Assembly: GCA_964016885.1 (NCBI GenBank)
Contig: OZ024749.1
Location: forward strand, 27,714,001-27,778,000
DNA length: 64,000 nucleotides
Direction of reading: 5' to 3'
Source: Eledone cirrhosa
Lineage: Eukaryota
Positions 43,192-59,186 of the stretch are shown here, one piece after another. A program made the translations under genes and the position numbers. Within the stretch, counting starts at the first letter, position 1. Every line of letters starts with the position of its first letter. A model generated the notes under the pieces. That model was given only the letters and a program-made list of their open reading frames with translations, was not told the origin of the DNA and searched no databases.

Positions 43192-44163
43192 TGGTGTGTA
43201 GTGTGTGTGTGTGTCTTTGTATATCATCATCATCATCATCATTTTAAGTCCGCTTTTCCCTGCTTGCAAGAGTGGGACGGGAACTGATTCTGGCTTGATT
43301 TCTACAGCTGGATGCCCTTCCTAACACCAACCTCATTTACAGTGAGTGCTGGGTGCTTTTTTGCCGCGGCACCTCCACAACCACTTTGCAGTGGAATGAT
43401 AGGGACCCCAGTCCTATCATCTCATTTCTACAGCTGAGTAAACTGGAGTAATGTGAAATAAAGTGTCTTGCTTAAGGAAACAACACATCACCCGGTCTGA
43501 GAATTGAACTCACAACCTTTCGATTGCAAGCCCAATGCTCTAACCACTAAGCCATGTGCCTCCATATATATATATGCATAAATGTGTATATCAATACACG
43601 AGTGTCTATATATATATATACATGCATGTATATTTGTATATATATTATATATATGTGTGTGTGTGTATCTGTATATATGTATGAGTGTGCATTTGTGTGT
43701 TGATACACAAGTGTATATATATATATGCCTACATTTATGTCTCTGTATGTGTGTAGATATGATATATGTGTCACAGTATGTGTATTGATACCAGAGTGTA
43801 TATATGCATACATTTATGTCTTTGTATGTATGAGTATGTAGATATGAGTGTCACAATATTTGTGTGTATGTATGTGTCTGTATCTGTGTTGATACAAGAG
43901 TGTGTATATATATGCATACATATATGTCTCTGTATCTATGAATGTGTATGTAGATATGTATGTGCCTGTCGGCATGTGTATTGATACAGGAGTGTGTATA
44001 TTTACATACATCTATGCCTCTATGTATGTATGTGTCTTTACCCAATTTTCTAAGCTATTATTTATAACCATCGACTGTTGTGACAGTTATTTCCTGCTTT
44101 GGAGGTTTCTGTCTTTAAAAAAATCACAAATTGCCTCAATTTATAAATTTTACACACACACAC

Positions 44164-44202
<39 letters not shown>

Positions 44203-44335
44203 CACACACACACATATATATATACATCTTTACAGACATATATATATATAAGGGTTAAAATACTGGAGCGTGTTGGAGTTAAACACCCTCTTCGTATTAT
44301 AGAAATGACAGTAATATATATATATATACACAGTA

Positions 44336-44376
<41 letters not shown>

Positions 44377-47300
44377 TGTATGTATAATTCCAGTAGAAAC
44401 CATTCCAGATAATTATAGACCAGCTGTTTTACTCCACAGAATCAAGATGGTTTCAAGAAGAACAAAAACAAAAAAAAAATAATCCAAAACAAAGCAAAAC
44501 CAAATTATAAAATAAAAAAAAATTGAAACAAAATATTTAAAGAGAGGTGGTGGTGGTGTTGGTGGTGATGACAGTGGTGGTGGTAATGGTGGTGGTGATG
44601 ATGGTGATGACAGTGGTGCTGGTGATGTTAATGGTGGTGGTGGTGATGATGGTAATGATGATGGTGACAGTGGTGGCGGTGGTAATGGTGATTATGGTGG
44701 TGGTGGTGGTGATAATGATGGTGGTGGTGATAATTATGGTGATGGTTGTGGCAAAGATGATACCAATGGTAGTAGCAATGGTGGTGATGATGACAGTGAT
44801 GATAATGGTGGTGGTGATGTTGGTGTTGTCACTGATGGTGGTGGTAAAAATGGTAGTGATGGTGATGATGGTATTAATGAAAAAGAAGAGAAATAGCAAA
44901 AGAAAAAGTAAGGAATGTGTGAACTACACAGATGGAGAAAAGATACGTGAACTACCACCACCACCACCACTGCCACCAACACCACCACCACCATCACCAG
45001 CACTGCCACCACCATTACCACCACTGCCACCACTACACCATAAATATTTGAATTAACAAATGTTGTTTGGATATTTCCTGCTAAATCATTACAGGATGTT
45101 AAAGAGTTAACTATTTTAACCCTTAACATGCTGTCTACCCCCTAGTATAGTAGACCAGGCATGTGAAACTGAGGGTCCCCCGAGGGCCACATGGGTCAGA
45201 TATGTGTTGTATGAGGGCCACATACGACAACTAACTGAGCACATTACAACTAATTTTTAAAATGTTATATTATGAAGATAAAACATGCCTGCGCAGTTAA
45301 AACCTTTGTGTGGGCCGCAGGTGTGCTTGTAAAGGGCCGCATCTTTGACATGCCTGTAGTAGACGATGCTAAAGACACCCAAGGACTAGGTGGTGGTAAA
45401 TTATGTCTACCACTGTAGTGGACCTGACTCTACTAAAGACACTCATGGACCAAGTAGTGGGGTTAAACTGGGTGATGGATTAAGTCTACAACTCAAGTCT
45501 TGTTATGTGTAAATGTGTGTGTGAGAGAGAGGGGGTGGGGCAGAGAGGAGAGAGAGAGAGTGACAGAGAGGGGGTGGGATTAGAAATTGTTAGTGCTAAG
45601 ACAAATTTAGTAACTTGAGGTTCATGATTTCAAACATATATGTGGAATCTATAGAATTAGTAATCAATAACTATAATATAATAGAGAGAGAGAGGGGAGA
45701 GTGAAGGAAAGTCAGAGAGAGACAATTACAGATTTTGGTTAAAGAATGTAAAAGATATGTTATAATGTCTTAGACAATTATATATATGTATGTATATATA
45801 TCATCATCATATATATATATAGAGAGAGATATGAGAAATGAATAAATATATATATGGTCAATATTTTAAGATAATTTGATGTATTTCGGCAGCTGAGTTT
45901 TCAAAGTAATCTGCAGGGAAAACTGGAGAAAAAGTGTGGTGGGAGAAGGGGGGAGGGATAGGTGGAGTTTATTCGAGAATAATGAAGAGGAGGATGAGAA
46001 GTATAGGTGAAGGTTATAGGAGAATAGCTAGGAAGAGAGCTACTACTACATCTATACTGTAACCTTGAAGATAGAACAGCTGAAAATGTTTGGCACATAT
46101 AAAAGAAAAAAAAAAATACATTAACCCTTTGGTTCTAAGAAATAAAACCACTTGTTTTAGAGGCTCCTTGATACAAACCCTCTTAAAACCAGCTCATATT
46201 TTATAAACAAAATCACCTATTTTAGAGGGCTCCTTGATACCAACCTTTCTAAAACTGGCTCAGGTTGTAAGACACAAAATCACCTATTTTAGAGGGCTCC
46301 TTGATACCAATCTACCTAGACTAGCTCAGGTTAATTAAATGAAACCACCTATTTTAAAGGGATCATTGATACCAACCCATCTAAAAGTGGTTCAGGTTTT
46401 ATGAAATAGAACCACCTATTTTAAAGGACTCCTTGATACCAATCCTCTTAAAACCGGCTTAGGTTTTATGAACTAGAACCATCTATTTTGAAAGGTTCTT
46501 TGCTTATAACCCATCTAAAACTAACTCTGGTTTTATGAAACAAAACCACCAATTTTAAAGGGTTGCTATTAAAATTTAAATCTTTCAAGATAATTTTATA
46601 TATGGAGCATATGTTACGGTATCACCTTAGTAATGAAATAATAAATCATTTTAGTAAATCTCTCAAAATTATCAATTAATTGAAATAGAGTGTATTTCAT
46701 TAAACACTTGGGTTAATAAAAAAAGTTAGCCTTGCCTCTCTTTTGAAAGATGGCTTCACCAAAGAATATTAGATGTCAGGAAAACAGAAGTGAAGGCAGG
46801 AGTGTAGCCTCTACCTTTATGACTGTGGATAGGAATTGGTTTTGTAATTCATCATCATCACAATCACCATCATCATTACCATCACCATAATTACCATCAT
46901 CATCATCATCACCACCATCATTATCATTATCACCATCATTATTGTTTAACCTCTTTGTTATATTTCTAATGAAATACTTCGTAATTCATACCAAATGTAG
47001 AAAATAACTGTAACAACAGTTGATAGCTATAAATAATAGTTTAGAACATTGGTTAAAATAACCGCTATAGATGGAAAAAAGTGACCAGCAACAGCTACAG
47101 AGAAGCTGATTTTCTAAGCTATTATTTCTAGCAATCAACTAAGGTTAGTTATTTTCTAAATTTGGGATTCCATCATCTAAGAATTTCAAATCTACCCAAT
47201 GATGTGATAGTTTAATTTCGAAATATTTTATATTTTATATTTGAATTAATTAACAAAAAACTTGGCAAGGATTTACTAAAATTATAATTTCACTAAGAAA

Positions 47301-48605
47301 AGTGGTTGACATTTTACCAAACAAAGGGTTGGGAGGACCCCCAGTTGTGTCAAAGATTTGAAACCTCTCCTGTGCACTTGGTGGAACTTGAGATGGTACA
47401 TAAGCAAGGCACAGATACCTGGCCTGTCTGGGAGATCAGTAGCACCACTTCTATACTTACCTGGTCTATATAGTCCTGTTCAACCCTTGCTAGCAGGGAA
47501 AATGGATGTTAAAATGATGACAATTTTCCTGTGCACTCAGTGGAATGTGCGACCGCACATAAATGAGATACAAATCCCTGGCCTATCTGGGAGATCAGTG
47601 GCTCAGCTTCTGTACTGACTTGGTCTATGTAGACCTGTCCAACCCATGCTAGCAGGGAAAGTAGACGTTGAAATGATGATGATGGTATTTGTAATATTAC
47701 AAAATGTTTCTTTTATAAAATTATATTGCAAGATTTTAATTTAAGTAGGAAGCCATTAAAATCGGCATGGTTTTGTTTCATAGAAATAAAGACAATTTCG
47801 GGTGGGTCGATGCCAAAAGGGTTAAGGGTGGTGAACTGGCAAAATCCTGTTACAGAAGTGTGATGTTAATGTACATGAATGATGGAGCATGGATGAGCTG
47901 AGAGAAAAATATGGGGCATAAGAGGGACAAGAGACAGTGGTGTAATAAAGACTGCACTGGTACAGACATGTGATGTGTGTAGGTGATGATTGTTGGGTGA
48001 AGAAGAGGAAGACAAAGGAAGACTACCTAGGCAGAAGTGGTCAGAGTTGATATCAAAAGCCCCTGACCCCTCACAGAGAAGATGACAAAGTAATGCAACA
48101 ATCAAGTGGAGACAGGCTGTGTAGGAAAAGACACATCCAACCCATGCAGGCTTGGGAAAAACGGACATAAAAAAGATGATGATGATGACGATGATAGTAC
48201 ATTGGACAAAATCCTTTGCGGCATTTATTCCACTAGGAGGAGGCAGGAGGGTTAGGAAGAGGCATGAGGGGAAGTAGAAAATGTACTTACTTTCATGTCA
48301 GGATATAAAGCAAACAGATTGTGTCGTTCTTCCTGCCTTGCTTTAGCCAGTGATGTGTCAGTTTCTCTGGAATACTAAACAGAAGGGAAAAAAATCAGTG
48401 GATACATATATACACGTCTATGTGTATACACACACACACATACATAGATAGATAGATACACAAACATATACATACACACACAGACACATATATATATACA
48501 TAAATATGCACAATGTGTGAGTTTATATATATATATATATACCATGTCTGGAATTTGCCATTGAAACAGCAAGCAAGACCTCACCCATCAGGCCCTGACC
48601 CTCAA

Positions 48606-48654
<49 letters not shown>

Positions 48655-49341
48655 AAAAAATGGGGAGAAGAATACTGCAGGTTGCACATGGATAACATGT
48701 TATAAAATGAGTCCCTCATCAGTGATTTGCCAACGATCATAGATATTTCATTGCATTAAAAATCATATACCTCACGTTGGTGCAATAATAACTAAATTAA
48801 GTTATTAGGACAATTAAAACGCGTAAAGCGAGTGAGACAAGTAACAACAAAGAGGAAATATTATGTTTAGACAACAGAACATGTATATAAGATACAGGCG
48901 TCCTGTCGAATATATGACAGTATTTAATTAGCTCAATGCTTGAAAGCAGAGCCATTATATGGAACAAAAACAAAGAGCGCTTACATCATCAATTAATCTT
49001 TATTTGCTGACCAGTGTTTCGTCCTTGCATAATTGCAGGACTCATCAGAGCGTTATAAAGAGGAATTAGATCAATAGTATAAACTCTACCGACCTATATC
49101 ACAAGAACGATCCATATGGAGCACAGAGGACTAAGAAGAGTGGGGTGTTTGGACGAACACCCCACTCTTCTTAGTCCTCTGTGCTACATATGGATTGTTC
49201 TTGTGAAATAGGTCGGTAGAGTTTATACTATTGATCTAATTCCTCTTTATAACGCTCTGATGAGTCCTGCAATTATGCAAGGACGAAACACTGTCAGCAA
49301 ATAAAGATTAATTGATGATGTAAGCGCTCTTTGTTTTTGTT

Positions 49342-49379
<38 letters not shown>

Positions 49380-49389
49380 ATAAAAACGA

Positions 49390-49458
<69 letters not shown>

Positions 49459-49966
49459 TACACATGCACACTATATATATATTGCCAAAAAGTGCATGTG
49501 GCTTATTTAACAAACCATATTCTTTGCTTTAACTTAGCAGCACATACTAACACACGCACACAGACATTCACACTCACGACGAACAAATATTTGAGTATAC
49601 ATGATAGGCTGGTCATGCCACTATTCAGTCTAAATGGATATCTGTATTGTAAACAAATAGATGTTATTGATATATATCTCTTGTGTGAAATGACTGCTTA
49701 ACCAGAAGTCAATTCTACTACAAAACAAACTAGCTCTGCAATGATACACTCTCACATGAATTTATATATACTATATATATATACACACACACACACTTCT
49801 ACAAAACATATATGATACACAGTTTTGTCACTTTATATATACTATATATACATACTTTATACTTCTACAAAGCATATATACATAGTTATGTGACTTTATA
49901 TATACTATATATACACACTTTACATATCTACAAAACATATTTAAAACAGTTTTGTTTCTTTATATA

Positions 49967-50006
<40 letters not shown>

Positions 50007-51343
50007 TTTACACTTCTACCAAACACATGTATTTCTCTATTGGCCAGTTGTAAAGCCTATTGTTACATAAATTATCAGCCAATCAAGAGTGGTGATTTAA
50101 AAGCCCACATGTTAATATGTTTGTTCTAGGCAGAGGTTATAGAAATTCATCAATATAATATTTATTGTTCTGAGACTTTGCTAGACTATATTGGCTATGG
50201 CTGGGATTATTGCAGTATTTTATTTTTGGTTGTACACAACTGTGAGCGAGTGATACAAAACTATGTACAAAAAGCAACATGTGACTTTTATAGAAGCCAA
50301 AGACTGAAGCCAGAATATTATAAACTCAAAAAATGCACGATATATGTGCTCTCTTCACAACAATATGTAATATATATGTGTGTGTGTGTGTATTAAAGCA
50401 AATGTATGTTTGTTGATATATATCTCTCTGCCTCTCTTCACATCCATTGCTCCCTCCTCTCACTCTCCCCAGCTCCCATCATGCCCACACATGCTGTTTT
50501 CCTTTCTAACCTCCTTACCAACAACCAGAATGTAGCTGCCTATCACTATCTTGCTCTCCCTTCAGTGAAATGTTAATACATGAGAGAGAGAGAGATAGAG
50601 AGAGACTAAGTAGAGTACTTACTTTAACCAGCTCAGGGTGCATACTGTTTTCAAGACCCAATCTGTGATTGTCTGACTTGGTAGGTGTTGGACATTCTTC
50701 TGGAATGAAGGCAAAGGCAGTGGTAAATAAACAGGAATTATTGTTTAATAACAAAAACAATGGCAACTATCATTATGTACAACTATCATTATAACAACAA
50801 CAACAACCACAGTAATGTTAACTACAACAACAACTACAACAGTATCATGTTGGTTTTGTAAAACAAACAAGACAAGGCAGTATTGATAACTATATGTTGT
50901 ATAGCACAGAAAAACTGATCATTTGTACAGGTTGTTCAGTAAATCAACTGTGTACCTTGATATCTTGTGTGTCTTTTATACATATGAGACGTCCTAACAT
51001 AATATTTGCTGAATCTTGTCTGTCCATCCATCTACACCCATACACACACATATATATATATATGTATATATAATAAAGAGTGGGAATGATGTATCAAAAC
51101 AATGTCATACACCAATTAACTATATATATATATAAACATATATATATACATATACATATACATACACATATGAAAAAATAATAATCATCATAGTTCAATA
51201 CATTAATACTACTATGACTGGAAATTTACAAATTCGATTCAACTCTGAACTGTCTTTCGCCAATCTTGATGTGGATAAAATTACATTAAAGCTTTAAATA
51301 TCTGATTGACTTATACAGTTGTATCATCAACTCATATAATCTA

Positions 51344-51381
<38 letters not shown>

Positions 51382-52706
51382 GCTGGTGATATGAGAAAAA
51401 AGCACCCGGTCCACTGGTGACAATGAAAAAAACATTCAGTCCACACTGCAAATTGGTTGGTGTTAAGAAGTGCATCCAGCCATTGAAGCCAAACCAAAAT
51501 ACAGATCTGTATGAGCATGATATGGACACCTAACCTGTGACATAGCCTGTCTAACCCATGCAAGCACCTAACCTGTGACATAGTCTGTCTAACCCATGCA
51601 AGCACATAAGGTGGACATTAAACAATGATGACGACAGGGTGTTTTTTTTTTAAATTGATATCATGAGATGTAAATATCTCAGAAAATAGAAAGTTTAGGA
51701 CAACGAGACTTCGCAGGCTTAATATTGAGCAACATAAGATTTATTCCTCAAAATTTGTCAAAACTATAACACTAATTCACAATAATTTCTTCCTCTTCTT
51801 GAGTCATCCCTCTTTCGAAGGTGAAGCATTTGTTTTGCTTTTTCTAATGGCTAGAATATATGTGACTCACCACAACTGCAAACTCATAGATTTCTCAGCT
51901 AACTGGAGCAGTTGTGCCAACCCATTGTCGAATAAATAGTTGATCATCTGCAAAGTTACTGGTGTTCATGAGAGCGAGGTCATCACATGAGCTACTGTTT
52001 ACTATGAGACAAGGATGATTTTTGTTGAGGCTTACTCCTCTAGATCCAACCTGTTCAGCTAAACTATCTTATAATAGCCATATCAGGGGCGCCTCATGTA
52101 GGATGTGGCTTTTTACCACACAGGTCAGTCTTCGAACTGAGAGAGGCTAGGTGTTCAGCTTGAATGAGCATATATTGCATGTCATCAGTTCACTGAGTGG
52201 CACAAGCATGCCATAAAAGACCATCCAGTAGCAACCAGAATTCACAATATATAGTGGTAGTTTCTGGGATATCTACATTTCAAGTGATATCTAAATTTTT
52301 GAAACACCCTGTATATAGTTAAAACAACTTTTCTACAATGTAATTGCAATTTAGTTTCAACATAAGTTCTCTGATCAAGTTGTTTATTAGACTAACTAAT
52401 ACAACCGCGAAAGTGAAAGAAGTTTACTGTCAATACCCGAACGTTCTGTTGAAGCCTGGGAACTGGTTTCGTTAGCGTTAATAACTGCCTTAAATGCTGT
52501 CATCCAGTCAACTAGCTCTGCTTCATTCTCTGCTGCCAATAAATAGGAACGACGATCCTGCATTTGGAGTTCAAAGCAGTGTTTACCTTTCTTGGTATGC
52601 TGGAATAGATTTAAAAAATCAGTTAAAAACTACTAACTACTACTACTACTAACTACTATATATGTATGTATGTATAAATATGTGTGTATATAAATGTATA
52701 TAAATG

Positions 52707-52782
<76 letters not shown>

Positions 52783-52823
52783 CCCACCCTTGCAAGCAGG
52801 GAAAAGCGGACGTAAAATGATGA

Positions 52824-52879
<56 letters not shown>

Positions 52880-55800
52880 ATATATATATGTGTGCGTATA
52901 TAATATACATACATCCCATGCTAGCATGGAAAGCGGTTGTTAAACAATGATGATGTTATGTGTGTGTGTTTATACAAGGAGAGGAGAGTCCCCCGTTATC
53001 CTACAAAGGATGGGACTGGCTGATAAACTGAATCAATATTTGGTAGCCAACATTCTTTAGTTGTATCAAAGGCTAAACAACTTCTCTTCTGTTGGTGATG
53101 AAACATAAAATGTACCCAGTACACTCTGTAAGGTGATAGTGCTTTTGCCATGATAACATACACCCAGTACACTTTATTAAACAGTAGTGTTGATGCCATA
53201 ATAAAATACACCCAGTACACTATGTAAAGCAATTGTCATAAGGAAGGGTATCCAACCATAGAAATTACACTAAAATATGGAATGTATGAGCAAAGCGTCG
53301 TTTTCTGACCATGTCTTGTCTCAGATTATAATGACCTATCCAATCCATGCTCATATGATGATGATGATATATCTGTTTTCACTAGGTAGGAAATGTGTGA
53401 CAAGAAACATATATAAGTATAGATATGTTGATGATGATGACAAGTCAGTGTAGATATGATGATGATGATGACATAAGCCAATATAGATATATTGTTGTTG
53501 TTGATGATGATGGTGATGCAATGAGTCAGTATAGATATGTTGTTAAATATTTACAGATCATTATTAAACCTCCTCCTCTATATAAGAGGTCAATCAATAA
53601 CTGATCAATACCCAATCAATAAGGTGTTGGCCAACAAGCTGTTCAGTTTGTGTGAGTATTCTATCACTGATACTATATTACAGAGGTTCCCAATATTTTC
53701 ACTACCAGTGACCCCCTTTTAATATAAACAGATTCTCCCATGAGCCAGCCCACAATAATTACTCCCTTTCCTAATTGTTATACAACAAGAATAACATTAT
53801 AACAAAGAACAGGAACAAATGTTTATATTTCAAGAAGAATAGATACACAATAATGTGTGTACATTATGTTTTTAAGTAAGGACTTGATATTTTCACTCCA
53901 TCACAGCTCCGGTACTATGGGCATGTGGTTAGAATGTCTCAGGAAAGAATCACTGGAGCTTGGAGATCAGAGAGTCACTCCAAGTAGAGCTGCTTCTTCT
54001 CTGAATTGAGATATCCGAGCTAAGATACTATGGATATGTGGTTAGAATGTCTTAGGAAAGAATCACTGGACAAAGAACTCTCTGACAGTTTCTTTCCCTG
54101 CCAATGTAATGGGGATAAACAACGACAACAACAATACCACCATAAGTGTATATCTGCATGTGTTGTCAATTATAATTAAATGGCCTAGTGGTAAGGGTGT
54201 TGAACTTATGAAAATAATGTCATGGGTTTGATTCCTAGACTGGGTTGTGTGTTGTGATCTTGAGTGAAACACTTCATTTCACATTGCTCCAGCATACTCA
54301 GCTGAAAATGAGTACCAGCAGCAATAGCTGGGTGTTTAACCTTGTGATGGACTGGTATCCTGTCCAAGGGGGAGTCTTGTACTGTCAGTCACTTCAAGCC
54401 ACGGAAACTGGGGATAAGCACCAGCCGGATGAGCCTCCAGGCTCGAAACAGACTTTAGAGTGTTAGACCGGATTGATTTTGTACCGGTTAGAGATGTAGT
54501 AAGGACAAATAAAATGATTTACCTTAATTACATCTGATGCCGTCTCCAGGTAAATTGCACCTTTTGTTTCAGACTTTTTCTCTGCTTTATAAAATTCCAA
54601 AATGTAGGTGAAGTCTGTTTGTTGTTTCAGGCAAAAATACCGGCGCTTAAATTGCTGAAAACCAAGAGAAAACAAGAGATTAAAAAAACCCCCCAAAACA
54701 GTAGAAAGAACAAAGCATGAAAGGAACTGAAGAGAAAGTAATAGTAGTAGACCCCTGGGTTTGCACCTGGAAAGTTACTTTCTAAGATGCAAGCATTGGC
54801 AAGGAGTATTAAGGAAGACCAGTAGTTGCCTGTACATGCTAGTCTCTCACACTCTACTCCACCAATGTTCAAGGGAAAGGCAATGACCGATACATCTTGG
54901 CAACAGTATCATCAAAACTAATTTTTTTGCTAGATGAGTGGACTGGTGTAACGTGAAATAAAGTGTCTTGCTGAAGGACACAATATGCCACCCAGTTAAG
55001 GAACCGAACCCACAACTTTATGATCATGAGCCAAATGCCCTAATAATTAAGCCTTCTATAGGGTCACAAATGCCTAAACAACTAAGCCAGATGGGTCACT
55101 TGAGGAGATTTGCCAATGTAGCAGTGTGGTTAGTATTAAAATTGGCTCATACATCACTTGACCAGACCAATGAATGTTTTACAGGTGTCTCTCACAATTG
55201 AGGATCACTTCGATGTATGTAACATGCTTTCAAAAGGCTTTAAGTACCCATATAGTCATGAGCAGACACAGATCCTCTCTTGACCCTTCACTCCTTACTG
55301 TGATAGCTAGAGGCAGAGAGGGCTGTACCAACACTGGGTTGATACTTCATTAACCACAAAAGGGTGAATGGCAAAGCAGACCTCGGTGGGATTTGAACTC
55401 AGAACACAGAAAGCTGGAACAAATACTGGAATGGATGCTATGTGATGCCTCACCAACTCTCCTAATCAAACACCACCTTTAATCAATATATAACAGTGAA
55501 CTATCTGTCTATAGGGTCACCTAAACTGATCAAACAATATATAACAGTCAACCATCTGCCTATTATCTAGGGATGTATTATAAACCCTGAAATTGTAGCA
55601 TTGACAGTGTGGTAAAAGTAAATTAAATCGACACCAATGCGTTACAGGTATTTTATTTTATCAACTCCATAACCACAACCACACTAAGAGATGAAAGAGA
55701 AACAACTTACCCTGGTAAAACTAATTATGTTATCCTTTTGCCCTTCAGGACCTTTGTATAACCAACCTTCCTTTGTGATAGAACATACCGTACTCCGGTT

Positions 55801-58265
55801 GAGGGTAGAATCCTGAAAAAATAAAGAGATAGGGGTTATGTAATTCAATTAGGGATTAATGATAAATAGAAAGGTGCCGTGTATATCAATCAGAGATCAA
55901 TAACAGATAGATATATACTGAGTATATCAATCAAGAATCAATATATGATAGGTGCTGTGTAAATCAATAAACAGACAGATACGTGCTGTGTATATCAATC
56001 AGAACTCATCAATTTATAGCTTAGTAGTGTCTTGTGTATGTATAGATATGTCTATATGTGTGTATGTATATATGTGTATATGCATATATATATGTGTATG
56101 AATGTATGTATGTATGTATGTGTGAATCATCAAACAGCCTAGCTGGTGAATTAACCAAGTAGTTCAGTTTTCCACAGACAAGATATAACTCTTCTCAGGT
56201 AGAAACAGTATGACACAATATATGACAATGACAGCTACAGCCCATCTTGCATTATAATGTAAATCGTTGAGTATTCCGCAGACACATATACCTCCCTTAA
56301 CATAATTCTTCTCAGGGAGAATCTGTACGATGACAAGGCTGTACCTCCGAATTACCGGTACAATCCACCTGAAGGGCTTCCAAACAGATTCTGTCTACCC
56401 AATTCCACTCACAAGTCTTGGGTTGGTCTGAGACAATGGTAAAGACATTTGCTCATTGTATGGACCGTATCTGTAACTTAATGGTTCAGTCATGTCAAAC
56501 AATGTGTCATGATGAGAATTATATTAAGAATAAATGGTGTATGTTGGGGGGGGGGGGGATAAGAATGCTCGGTCACTTACACACTAATTCTATAAATAAA
56601 TGGTTCAATTGATTGAATGATTAGAAAAACTTATTTGTTGAAATCCACAAGTGTCCATTTTATTTTATTTCACACCAAACACACATTATGCACGCACACA
56701 CACACACATATATGTATATATATATATATATATATACATAAAACATGCACACATACCACAATACTCATCACACCACAATACACATCATACAAACACATCA
56801 CACACATACATTATATACTACAAACACACATCGAACATTGCGTCACAGTCACCACAATACACATCACATCACACCACACACATCACATCACACCACACAC
56901 ACACACTCACATCAAACATAACATCACACCACACACACTCATCAAACATCACATCACACACACTCACACCATATCAAACCACACACACTCACCACATCAA
57001 ATTATCTACCAGCATAGATGAACAACTTCCTCAACTACACAATTTCATTACCACAATCATTACCCTCACCACCACCATCATCGTCACCACCACCACTATT
57101 AGTATCATCCCCATCATTATCACCACCACTCATTACCATTACCATCATCACCATCATCACCATCACCACTTTCACCTTCACCATCCCCACTACCACCACC
57201 ATCATCACTATCATCACCCCTACTATCACAATCATCGTCATCGCCCTGATCACCATCACCACTACAATCAACACCAATATCCCCATCACCACTACAATCA
57301 ACACCAATATCCCCATCACCACTACAATCAACACCAATATCCCCATCACCACTACAATCAACACCAATATCCCCATCACCACTACAATCAACACCAATAT
57401 CACCATCACCACTACAATCAACACCAATATCACCATCACCACCACAATCAACACCAATATCCCCATCACCACCACAATCAACACCAATATCCCCATCACC
57501 ACTACAATCAACACCAATATCCCCATCACCACTACAACCATCACCACCACAATCAACACCAATATCACCATCACCACCACAATCAACACCAATATCACCA
57601 TCACCACTACAATCAACACCAATATCACCATCACCACTACAACCATCACCGCCACAACCATCACAACCAAAACAACCATCACCACCACAACCATCACCAC
57701 CACAACCATCACCATCACAATCACCGCCACCACAGCCATCACCACTACAACCATCACCACCACAACCATCACCCCTACAGTTTTTTTTATGTTCCCACTG
57801 CCATATTAGCATGGGTTAACAACTGACTCCTCTTCATTACTGTATCTGTCCAGCTGTCCCCTTCTTTGTTTCTACACATTTAATACATGGATATAGAATT
57901 AATAAGGGGAAGAGAAACACATAAATCAATTAAATAAATAGAGAGAGAGTGGGAGTTAACAGTTTAGACAGGCAAGACTATTTTTATCTCTCGATATTTG
58001 CGAAAGTAGAGTGTGCATGTGTATGTATATATGTATATATATATTCATTGGGAGTTACTAGTTTAGACTAGTAGGACCATTTTCAGCTAAGTACTTGATG
58101 CTTGGAAAAGTAGAGTGTCTGTATTGTAAATAGTTAGTGCTCCACCGTTTCAATCGCAAGTGGATAATCTATATCATAATAAGAGCACTGCACACTTTAT
58201 ATAGAGAGGGGGAGCACCAAGTAAGAGATATATACATAGATAGGGAGAGAAAAGAGAACACTGTG

Positions 58266-58320
<55 letters not shown>

Positions 58321-58331
58321 ATATATATATA

Positions 58332-58389
<58 letters not shown>

Positions 58390-58414
58390 CATATATATAT
58401 GTGTATATATGTGC

Positions 58415-58469
<55 letters not shown>

Positions 58470-59155
58470 TATATAAATCGGGAAAGAAGAGTGACACAGT
58501 TTGCTATACAAAAAAGGTTTTTAATCTCATTGCTGACAATTGTTTCTCTGAACTGGTAGGTCTAGAGATTGCTATCCGCTTATTTTCACGTTACTCAATC
58601 GCCAATACAAAGTTATAACCAGTCAGTTCATCGGAGCTTGCGAGAATGAAGAGATTATACAGGCATGAAAAGAATATACAGGCTACTATATGCAGAAGTA
58701 ATGGCATTCAGTTAGAACAATAACAACAATATCAACAATGCTACCAATAAATTATTTGAAATAATCACAACATCAATCGAGGTGGGAAGTATAGTATATC
58801 TAAGATTTTAGCATGTAAAACTAGCTGACATGAGGCAGATGTATAAAATTGACATGTAAAAACTGCCGTAGGGTGTATTATATGAAGTGTAAAGATAAGC
58901 TGGGGTGTTTTTAAAAAATGTAGGTCAGGTGGCCGTAATAGTCGGTTTTTATCTGACCGATGAAGGATTTATCACTGTAGTGGAATTTGTGTGGTCTATA
59001 TTAGATGAGAAGCCTGTCTATCTTTCTCATCCTCAATAACATACATGTATAAGACAACACTAACAAAGCTAGATAATGGGCAAATTAATAGAGGTTAAGG
59101 AGGTAATATATATATATATACATACATTTATATACACACACACATGCACACAAAC

Positions 59156-59186
<31 letters not shown>

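Noticed and set aside
44537-45056. Val/Met- and Pro-rich ORFs and a (GGT)n/(ACC)n foldback
   Set aside because: Trinucleotide low-complexity sequence; the complementarity is trivial.
48660-48730. CTGATGA on the minus strand
   Set aside because: No GAAA or stem III before the sequence runs into a (TA)n tract.
56651-57826. His-rich 391-aa ORF and overlapping Thr/Ile, Val and Gly/Asp ORFs
   Set aside because: Products of CAC/CAT low-complexity sequence and a 30-bp minisatellite.
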